A DNA stretch of 64,000 nt, taken from contig JAVZHQ010000001.1 in assembly GCA_038998335.1 (NCBI GenBank), positions 288,001 to 352,000 of the forward strand, given 5' to 3'. Source of the DNA: Candidatus Aenigmatarchaeota archaeon. GTDB lineage: Archaea > Aenigmatarchaeota > Aenigmatarchaeia > CG10238-14 > SCSR01. Below the pieces are notes generated by a model that saw nothing but the letters and a program-made list of their open reading frames with translations, had not been told where the DNA came from and did not search any database. Below, piece by piece: positions 57,015-64,000 of the stretch. The translations under genes were made by a program, and so were the position numbers. Each line of letters begins with the position of its first letter. Position 1 is the stretch's first letter.

Positions 57015-57308
57015 TCACAACTTAACTATTTCAAACTTTTTAACCCTAAAACCTTTTCCTCTTGTATGTTTTTTCCCACAAACTAAGCACTTGAACCTTA
57101 AATCAAGCTTTTTTGTCGGTTTTTCTCTTCCTTTAGGGTTTTCCTTAGGAAAACTCCCATAACCTTTCATTTTTCTTAAGAACCTTCTTTGCCCTTGAGC
57201 CAAAGTTCTTCTCTGCCTTTTCTTTGCTACTTCTACTTCATGCTCGGTATGCTTTCTACAAAAAGGGCAGAAAGTTCTTATTTTCTTCGGCATCTTCATT
57301 TTTATCAC
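57015..57308 (-). CDS. rpl44e: 50S ribosomal protein eL42 (L44e)
   Basis: [29 protein letters not shown]. Confidence 0.96.
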   Translation of the reverse strand: MIKMKMPKKIRTFCPFCRKHTEHEVEVAKKRQRRTLAQGQRRFLRKMKGYGSFPKENPKGREKPTKKLDLRFKCLVCGKKHTRGKGFRVKKFEIVKL

Positions 57309-57338
57309 TAAAATATTTGCACTTAATAAAAATTTAAA

Positions 57339-57872
57339 TTATTTTTCAACCTTAAATTCCTCAACTATGCCTCTCTCTTTCAATATTCTAACGTTTTCTT
57401 CGGGTAGTTTTGCTATATCTCCTTTTTTAAAAGGCCCGTAAATTTTTTCATCGCTTCCTATAAACTGAGGTACATCCTCTTTAAAAACAACTAAGTTTTC
57501 TTCTTCTTTCTTTTCAGAAAAGATTTGCCCCAAGATTCTTTTTCTTCTTTCACCTATAGTTTTAACCAAAATATCAAAAAACTCCTTTTCTTCTTCTGTT
57601 AAATTTTCTGGGGGGATCTGAGTTCTTACAGTTATTATTGCCTGATTAATTATCTTTCTTTCTCTTCTGTTAAAAATATCCTCTATTAAAGCTTTAACAT
57701 TTTTTAATTCTATGGCAACTTTTCTGTTTTCTTCTGAAACTTTTCTTTTCTGTTCTAGGTACAAAGTTAGCTTCTGATAAAAATTTTCAGGTAGTTTTGT
57801 AAGTTTTGGCGAATTTTGTTCTTCTCTTTGAATCTTTCTTATAACCTCAAAAGTTATAGTCTCTTCTGCCAT
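57339..57872 (-). CDS. gins: GINS complex subunit (Gins51-like)
   Basis: LTKLPENFY, RRERKI, FIGSDEKIYGPFKKGDIAKLPEEN; primase neighbourhood. Confidence 0.9.
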   Translation of the reverse strand: MAEETITFEVIRKIQREEQNSPKLTKLPENFYQKLTLYLEQKRKVSEENRKVAIELKNVKALIEDIFNRRERKIINQAIITVRTQIPPENLTEEEKEFFDILVKTIGERRKRILGQIFSEKKEEENLVVFKEDVPQFIGSDEKIYGPFKKGDIAKLPEENVRILKERGIVEEFKVEK

Positions 57873-58186
57873 TTTTATCCATTTTAAATTTTATTTACAC
57901 TTATTAAATATTCGTGTTCCGGGTTTTTGCACCTAAAAAAAATAATCTTTCCTGGTAATTCAAAAACTTTTCCTTCTGAATCGTGCATCTTCCTTATCAC
58001 TTCTTCTTCCCAAGTTTCAAAATAACCCCAAGGACACTCGCTGCATCTATACTCTTCTACTATTTTCTGCTTTTTTTCATAAGGAATAAAAGGCTTATAG
58101 ACTCCTAAACTTTTTTGAAAAGCTTCAAAACTCTTTTCACATTTTTTCTCGATACCAATCCCATTTAAAAAATGAAGAGTAAAGAA

Positions 58187-59503
58187 TTAATGTTTTTTCC
58201 TCTTTTTCTTTTTTCCGATCTTTAACTTCTTAAAAGGATAGTTCACAGGATTTTTTATAACTATTTTCTCATCACTCTTACAAAATTCATCAGGAGTGCA
58301 AACTTTTATATCAGCATAAAAGTTTGGATTATCACAGTTTGGCGGTAGCAAATTCCTTTCCTGTCTTAGATGCCATCTAATCTGAGTTCTTAAGTAATTT
58401 GCTCTTAATGGAGGAGAATTCCTAGAGTTCCATTCTGTTAAAGTTTTCTCTATTTTCTCCAAATCCCAACCCATGTTTTTCAAAAAGTTTATTAGAATAA
58501 AAACACTTCTTTTTCTTCCGTCTGACAAACCTTTCAAAATGTTTTGAACACAAGGAGGAAAAAATTCTTCTGGAATAGCTTTTATTTTCTTAAACCTTAT
58601 TTTCGGTATTTCTTCCTTTACTTCTATCTTGTGCTTAGCAGACCAATCTAAAGCCTCTACTATTAATGCTTCAGCATCATGAAGCTTAACTTTCTGAACC
58701 AAAAATTTTTCATTAACTTTAACTTTTTCAGGAAGCGCATGTTCCCTCTCAAATTTTTCTAAATCTTCTGGTTTTATCGGTAAACTTACTAATAGCGTAG
58801 ATTCGTGTAAAGAATAAGGAAGTCTAAATAAATGCCTTGAACCGAATACATCCATGCTAACAACTTTAAAGGGGTCTAAACCACTTTCATCAGTTATTTC
58901 TTCAAGTTTTTTTTCAACCCTTTTTGAGATTTCTAAAGGCGAACCTAAAATAAGAATTTCCTCTTTAAGTTGGTCGCGTATATACCATTTAATGTATTCT
59001 ATAACCTTTTGAAGAAGTTCAGGGTAAAGAATTTGAGAAGGCTGAAAATTTATTTTTTCTGGGAGAGACTCAAAAGGTATTCCAATATGAAACCCTTTTC
59101 CTCCAGAAAATTTTAAAGTATAATTCTGAACTCCATGATCTTTTAGAGCTTCGATTATTTGTTTAACAGTTATTTTTGCTATTTCAAAATCATTAACATC
59201 AGGGTCGATAAAAATATCCCATCCGATTCTTAACTCGTCTAGCTGTAACTTTGTCATGCCTACGTCTAACTTCATAGGCTGAGACCATCTTTCAACAGAA
59301 CCATGAAATGCTATAGCCCCTTCAGCAACAGCCTGCAAAACATCTTGTGGGTATTGAATCACATCAGGCCTTTTACCAAAACTTCCATCTTTATAAACAG
59401 GAATTACTTCTCTATTCTTTCCAGCCTCGATTAAAGCATTAAAAACAGATTCTCTTGAGTACCAATTCCAAACTCTTTGAAAATTTATTGTCATAGCTAT
59501 CAT
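58187..59503 (-). CDS. Fused DNA primase small/large subunit (PriS-PriL)
   Basis: WDIFIDPD and FSGGKGFHI (PriS) plus FPPCV...DGRKR...PPNC (PriL Fe-S domain). Confidence 0.92.
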   Translation of the reverse strand: MIAMTINFQRVWNWYSRESVFNALIEAGKNREVIPVYKDGSFGKRPDVIQYPQDVLQAVAEGAIAFHGSVERWSQPMKLDVGMTKLQLDELRIGWDIFIDPDVNDFEIAKITVKQIIEALKDHGVQNYTLKFSGGKGFHIGIPFESLPEKINFQPSQILYPELLQKVIEYIKWYIRDQLKEEILILGSPLEISKRVEKKLEEITDESGLDPFKVVSMDVFGSRHLFRLPYSLHESTLLVSLPIKPEDLEKFEREHALPEKVKVNEKFLVQKVKLHDAEALIVEALDWSAKHKIEVKEEIPKIRFKKIKAIPEEFFPPCVQNILKGLSDGRKRSVFILINFLKNMGWDLEKIEKTLTEWNSRNSPPLRANYLRTQIRWHLRQERNLLPPNCDNPNFYADIKVCTPDEFCKSDEKIVIKNPVNYPFKKLKIGKKKKRKKH

Positions 59504-59546
59504 GAGAAGTTCTTCGAACTCCTCAATATAATAGTAAATTTAAATA

Positions 59547-60428
59547 TTGAAATCTTTTTCTAAAATTATGCAAGTCTTAAATTTTTTTGATCCCTGGAAA
59601 AGTGAATTGTGTACATGCCCAAGAAAGTATTCCTTTAGCCCATACTCAGGCTGCTCTCATGCTTGTGTTTATTGTTATGCCTCAAGTTACATAAAAAATT
59701 TTTTCAAGTGTAGACCAAAAAAAGATGTGGTTAAAAAATTGGTAAGCGATTTAAAAAAAATAGATAAAAATTTTCCTGTTTCTATTTCAAATTCTAGCGA
59801 CCCTTACGTTCCTGAGGAAGAAAAACTTAAGCTCACAAGAGATTGCTTAAAGTATTTCGCTCTTCATAGATGTAAGGTTTTGATAATAACAAAATCTAAC
59901 ATAGTTGCAAGAGATACGGATATTCTTTCAAAAATGAAAGCTTGTGTAAGCGTAACAATAACAACTTTGAATGAAGAAATAGCCAGAAAGCTAGAACCAA
60001 AAGCTTCTTTGCCTAGGAAAAGGATTAAAGCTTTAGAAATTTTAAGTAAAAAAGGTATTCCAACAGTAGTAAGACTTGATCCCGTAATTCCTTTTTTGAA
60101 TGAGAACGAAATAGAAGATATAGTTGAAGTCTCTACTTCTGTGGGAGCAAAGCATTTAGTCTCAAGCACCTATAAAGTAAGGCCGGACAATTGGAGAAGA
60201 TTTTCTTTTCTCTTTCCAGAAATTTCTAAAAAATTAAAAGATTTTTACTTTAAGTATGGAGAAAAAATTTCAAATTCATTTTATTTGCCAAAAGAAATTA
60301 GATTCAGAATAATGAAAAAAGTAAGAGAAGCTTGTGATAAAAACAAAATAAGTTTTTCATGTTGTAGAGAAGGCTTTTTTGAACTTAACAATTCAAAGAG
60401 TTGTGACGGAACGCATCTAATTAAATAA
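59547..60428 (+). CDS. Radical SAM protein (SPL-like family)
   Basis: PYSGCSHACVYCYA, SDPY, ITKS, LEP. Confidence 0.9.
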   Translation: MKSFSKIMQVLNFFDPWKSELCTCPRKYSFSPYSGCSHACVYCYASSYIKNFFKCRPKKDVVKKLVSDLKKIDKNFPVSISNSSDPYVPEEEKLKLTRDCLKYFALHRCKVLIITKSNIVARDTDILSKMKACVSVTITTLNEEIARKLEPKASLPRKRIKALEILSKKGIPTVVRLDPVIPFLNENEIEDIVEVSTSVGAKHLVSSTYKVRPDNWRRFSFLFPEISKKLKDFYFKYGEKISNSFYLPKEIRFRIMKKVREACDKNKISFSCCREGFFELNNSKSCDGTHLIK

Positions 60429-61377
60429 AATCTGTTAAAACTCTTTGACCCTTTCCCAAAACTTGAGCCTGAATTTTAAATCTTCTTCTTATCTCACAAG
60501 CTAAATCTTTTGCATACCCATGCACACAAATAACTTTTTTTGGCTTAACTTCTTGGACAAAAAGCATTAATTGCTCGAAATCGCAATGATCGGAGATAGG
60601 GAAAGCTTTAACATTATAATTTCTAGTTAAAGCCCATCCAGTAAGCACACAACCTCTTGAATTTTCTTTCTCAAGATAAGGAATAGTATGCATTGGCATA
60701 ACAAAAACTTCTGAATCCTCACCCTTTTCTAAAAATTTAAGGTTAACCTCAAACTCATTATAAACTTCTGAATATTTCCTTATAGAGTCAGAGACTTGCG
60801 GAACTATTCCATTTTTGTTTAAGAGCTTTATTATTTCTTGAGATTTCCCTACAGTATAACCCCCTAAATAAACTTCAAAGCCATTTTTTAACTGCTTAAA
60901 AACCCAATCTATTAACTCCTTTCTTACGGTATCAACCAAAGGAAATTTATAAAATGGTTTTCCATAAGTTGCTTCTGTTATCAAAACATCTGCTTGGCAA
61001 ATTTTTATAGCTTTATGTGTTAAGCCTTGCCAAAGTTTGAAGTCGCCAGTATAAAGAATCGATGTACTATCAGTTTCTATTAGGATTTGAGTCGAGCCCA
61101 AGATATGCCCTGAACTTATCAACCTTACAGAAAAACCATCAAATTCAATTTTTTTATTTTCCTTTATTATATTTGCCTCGAAGTAAGGATCTCTGACTTT
61201 TATTAACTTATAAGTTTCTTCTGTACAATAAGGTTTTCTTATTATTTCTTTTGGTGAATGGTCTACATGAGCGTGAGAAACAAAAGAAATTAGGTCAGAA
61301 ATTTTCGGGTCAAGCAAAATCGTTTCTTTGTTTATTTTTACAGCGATTCCATTACCATAAGAAATCTTAAGCTCCAT
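60421..61377 (-). CDS. MBL-fold beta-CASP-like nuclease
   Basis: SHAHVDH, SGHILGS, YTGDF, EATYG, SDHCDF, VHG. Confidence 0.88.
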   Translation of the reverse strand: MELKISYGNGIAVKINKETILLDPKISDLISFVSHAHVDHSPKEIIRKPYCTEETYKLIKVRDPYFEANIIKENKKIEFDGFSVRLISSGHILGSTQILIETDSTSILYTGDFKLWQGLTHKAIKICQADVLITEATYGKPFYKFPLVDTVRKELIDWVFKQLKNGFEVYLGGYTVGKSQEIIKLLNKNGIVPQVSDSIRKYSEVYNEFEVNLKFLEKGEDSEVFVMPMHTIPYLEKENSRGCVLTGWALTRNYNVKAFPISDHCDFEQLMLFVQEVKPKKVICVHGYAKDLACEIRRRFKIQAQVLGKGQRVLTDFI

Positions 61378-61398
61378 AAAAAAATATTAGCTTTTTTT

Positions 61399-61680
61399 CT
61401 ATTTCTTCTTTGTCAATTTCTTTATCTCTTTTTTCAGCTTGAGCAGCTGAACAGAAAAGTTACACTTGCTACACTTAATGTTAAACTTTTGGTTCAAGCC
61501 TTGACCAGAAACAAAGGGCTCTTGCCATCTTTCTCTTTTTTTCTCTGAATAATTGCATTCTGGGCAGGTAAATTCTACTGTTGCTTCTTCTTCACCAACT
61601 AACTTAATTATTCTCACTCTTCCTTTTACTTCGCCTTTCGAGTTTGTCAAGTCTCGAGTTGTTATATATTCTATCTGCAT
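61399..61680 (-). CDS. Zn-ribbon hypothetical protein
   Basis: CPEC...CSKC. Confidence 0.75.
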   Translation of the reverse strand: MQIEYITTRDLTNSKGEVKGRVRIIKLVGEEEATVEFTCPECNYSEKKRERWQEPFVSGQGLNQKFNIKCSKCNFSVQLLKLKKEIKKLTKKK

Positions 61681-61681
61681 A

Positions 61682-61855
61682 TTAGCTCATCGGTCTTCTT
61701 TTGGGTCTTAGAGCTTTCGACCCACATTTTCTACACTTAACTTTACCTTCTTTTACTTTTGTTGGGTCTGCTCTCATTTTTGTTTTACAAACTCTACAAA
61801 CATAAACCCTAAAGAAAAGTCTTTGTAAAGCTTCTGGAAAAGATTTTTTTACCAT
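61682..61855 (-). CDS. rpl40e: 50S ribosomal protein eL40
   Basis: FPEA, VCRVC, KCRKCGSKALRPK; start moved to ATG 61855. Confidence 0.88.
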   Translation of the reverse strand: MVKKSFPEALQRLFFRVYVCRVCKTKMRADPTKVKEGKVKCRKCGSKALRPKRRPMS

Positions 61856-61963
61856 GTTCTCAACTTTTAATCTTAACAAACTATTTTATTTAAAGTTTTT
61901 GTACTCTTGATTGAATAAATTTTATAGGTTAATTTTATATAGTTTGAAAGTTAAACTTTTGTT

Positions 61964-62554
61964 TTGGATTTCATGATTAAACCTGAGGTAAGAATTCTAG
62001 GCTTTGACGATGGTGCTTTTAATTCTAAAACTAAAGGAAAAGTTCCTGTTATAGGAGTAATATTTAGAGGTGGTAAATTTCTTGATGGTGCGTTAAAAAC
62101 TGAAGTAAAGATTGATGGCAATGATGCTACACAAAAAATAGTAAAGCTTATAAATTCTTCTCGACATAAACAACAGTTAAAAGTAATAATGTTTGACGGT
62201 GTAACCTTAGGAGGTTTTAACATAGTAGACATCAAAAAAGTGTACAAGCAAACAGGTTTACCTGTGATAGTTGTAAACAGAAAAATTCCAAACTTAAAAG
62301 AAGTTGAAAATGCTTTAAAGAATTTTAAGGATTTTAAAGCTAGATGGAAAAAGATTCTGAACGCAGGAGAAATAAAAGAGTGTAAAATCAAGGAAAATAA
62401 AAAAGTTTATTATCAATGTGTTGGGCTTAAAGATGAAGATGCCGAGGAAATAATAAAAATAAGTACCACAAGAAGTTTTATTCCTGAACCCTTGAGAGTT
62501 GCTCACATTATTGCAACTGCTGTAGCAAAAGGTGAAAGTAGTGGTAGGGCATAG
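61964..62554 (+). CDS. DUF99 family protein (endonuclease V-like)
   Basis: ILGFDDG, DGNDAT, DGVTLGGFN, IPEPLRVAHIIA. Confidence 0.9.
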   Translation: MDFMIKPEVRILGFDDGAFNSKTKGKVPVIGVIFRGGKFLDGALKTEVKIDGNDATQKIVKLINSSRHKQQLKVIMFDGVTLGGFNIVDIKKVYKQTGLPVIVVNRKIPNLKEVENALKNFKDFKARWKKILNAGEIKECKIKENKKVYYQCVGLKDEDAEEIIKISTTRSFIPEPLRVAHIIATAVAKGESSGRA

Positions 62555-63164
62555 GAGAAAAGAAGAAACTATTGGAAGAAAAAAATCGAATTTTGAAAAA
62601 ATGACAGAAGGTTGGTTTGGTTATATTTTTTATGCTGCTTTGGGTATAATAATTGCTTTTCTTGTTAATTTAACTCTTGCTGTTGCTTTGTCTACTGACT
62701 TACCAGTAGTTGCTGTAGTAAGTGGCTCAATGATTCATGACGAAACCATAGAATTAAACCATTATCAATGGTTAGAAAAGAAGTTTGGTTATAACAGAAG
62801 CTATATAGATTCTTGGCCTGTGAATAAAGGTTTTGGAATAGGAGACTTACCAATAATTCAAGGCTCTAAAGATTATAAGGTTGGTGATGTAGTGGTTTTT
62901 TCTGTACCTTGTGAAAGCTCGCCAATTATCCACAGAATAGTTTACATAAACGAAGATGGTAGCTATCAAACAAAAGGTGACCATAATCCAGACCAAATAA
63001 CGAAATGCTGTGGCATAGAAAAACAAGTTTGCTACACAGAAAAAAGCATTTCAAAAGACCAAATTCACGGAAAGGTAATCTTTATAATCCCGAAACTAGG
63101 ATATTTTAAGGTAATAGCCTCAGAAATTTTTGAAGGTGTAAGAAGAGTTTTGGGAGGAATTTGA
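62532..63164 (+). CDS. Signal peptidase I (S26, archaeal)
   Basis: VVSGSM, PIIHRI, TKGDHN, IPKLGY. Confidence 0.9.
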   Translation: MKVVVGHRRKEETIGRKKSNFEKMTEGWFGYIFYAALGIIIAFLVNLTLAVALSTDLPVVAVVSGSMIHDETIELNHYQWLEKKFGYNRSYIDSWPVNKGFGIGDLPIIQGSKDYKVGDVVVFSVPCESSPIIHRIVYINEDGSYQTKGDHNPDQITKCCGIEKQVCYTEKSISKDQIHGKVIFIIPKLGYFKVIASEIFEGVRRVLGGI

Positions 63165-63494
63165 ATGGAGTTTTGCGAAAAGTGTGGAAATTTAATGATG
63201 GTAGAAAAAAAGAAAAAGAAAAGTTTTTTAGTTTGCAGAAAATGCGGCTTAAGAAAGCCACTCAAAAAAGAGAAAATAATTCTTACTGAATCTTCCCATG
63301 AACCTTCGCGTGGAATCGTTATTATGGAAAAAGACGAAGGAATAGCTGAATTGCCAAAAACAAGAATAATGTGCCCAAAGTGTGAGAACCCAGAAGCATA
63401 CTGGTGGATGCAACAAACTAGAGCAGCTGACGAACCGCCAACAATATTTTACAAATGTACGAAATGTGGTTATTCTTGGAGAAGTTATGGCTAA
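63165..63494 (+). CDS. tfs: Transcription factor S
   Basis: FCEKCG, QTRAADEP, CTKCGYSWR. Confidence 0.96.
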   Translation: MEFCEKCGNLMMVEKKKKKSFLVCRKCGLRKPLKKEKIILTESSHEPSRGIVIMEKDEGIAELPKTRIMCPKCENPEAYWWMQQTRAADEPPTIFYKCTKCGYSWRSYG

Positions 63495-63606
63495 CTATTT
63501 AAAAATCTTTCTTGATATTCTTTGTAGAACTCTTTATTAAAAATTAAACCAAATTTTATGTTCCAATTAAAGAACTTAAACTATTTAAACATAAAGAAAG
63601 AAGTAT

Positions 63607-63915
63607 TTGGTGATGCCAGTTTTGCGTTATAAACCAAAAAGAATTGGTGAGATAAACTTTGAAAAAGATAACAGAATTGCTTTAGTTGGAAAGGTTATAG
63701 AACAAATAGAAAATAGTTTTATCCTTGCGGATGAAACAGGAAATGTAGAGATATTCTTTGAAGGAGAACTAAGAAAAAATCAAGTAGTTAGAGCATTTTG
63801 CTCTATAGTAGAAGGTCAACTTAAAGCAGATATAGTTCAAAACTTAAATGGCTTAAACCTAGAACTTTTTAGAAAAGTAGAGGAAATTTATAAAAAAGTA
63901 GGGTTAAGTATTTAA
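63607..63915 (+). CDS. Small OB-fold protein (RPA small-subunit-like)
   Basis: RIALVGKV, FILADETG; next to PCNA. Confidence 0.7.
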   Translation: MVMPVLRYKPKRIGEINFEKDNRIALVGKVIEQIENSFILADETGNVEIFFEGELRKNQVVRAFCSIVEGQLKADIVQNLNGLNLELFRKVEEIYKKVGLSI

Positions 63916-63949
63916 AGGCAAATTTAACTTTAATATAATAGGGCAGACT

Positions 63950-64000
63950 ATGTTCAAGGCAAAATTAAGTGATGTAAGCTTACTTAGGGATTCGATTTCT
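63950..64000 (+). CDS. pcn: PCNA sliding clamp (N-terminal fragment)
   Basis: MFKAKLSDVSLLRDSIS, typical PCNA N-terminus. Confidence 0.75.
   Translation, partial: MFKAKLSDVSLLRDSIS

Overview
AT-rich, gene-dense archaeal chromosome segment. A fused PriS-PriL primase and compact genes suggest a DPANN lineage, possibly Aenigmarchaeota-like (inference). Most of the window is housekeeping. It holds the S10/spc ribosomal protein superoperon, split into two divergent halves (1-5944 on minus, 12293-21790 on plus) with foreign genes inserted. It also carries tRNA-Gly(TCC), oapABC, a methanogen-type SerRS, TyrRS, lower glycolysis, RtcA, TIP49 with two Hsp20s, GINS/primase, TFS and PCNA. The accessory region at about 28.8-41.6 kb is the most unusual part. 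First, a stand-alone 69-aa Cas2/VapD-fold gene, with no cas1 and no CRISPR array, is surrounded by copies of a 16-bp palindrome TGTTAGACGTCTAACA (5 copies, one with a single mismatch). A second, decayed copy of this gene at 56.4 kb has its own palindrome, TGTCATACGTATGACA, with compensatory changes, pointing to a Cas2-like protein/palindrome system. Second, two minus-strand gene arrays encode a SUI1 paralog, a UPF0182 protein, secreted and membrane proteins, and a putative toxin/immunity pair; a palindrome-bracketed TFB gene lies next to the first array. Their genes are separated by GC-rich structured leaders, including a perfect 99-bp repeat and a reused 54-bp signal-peptide module. All calls come from motif reading by eye; no database searches were run.
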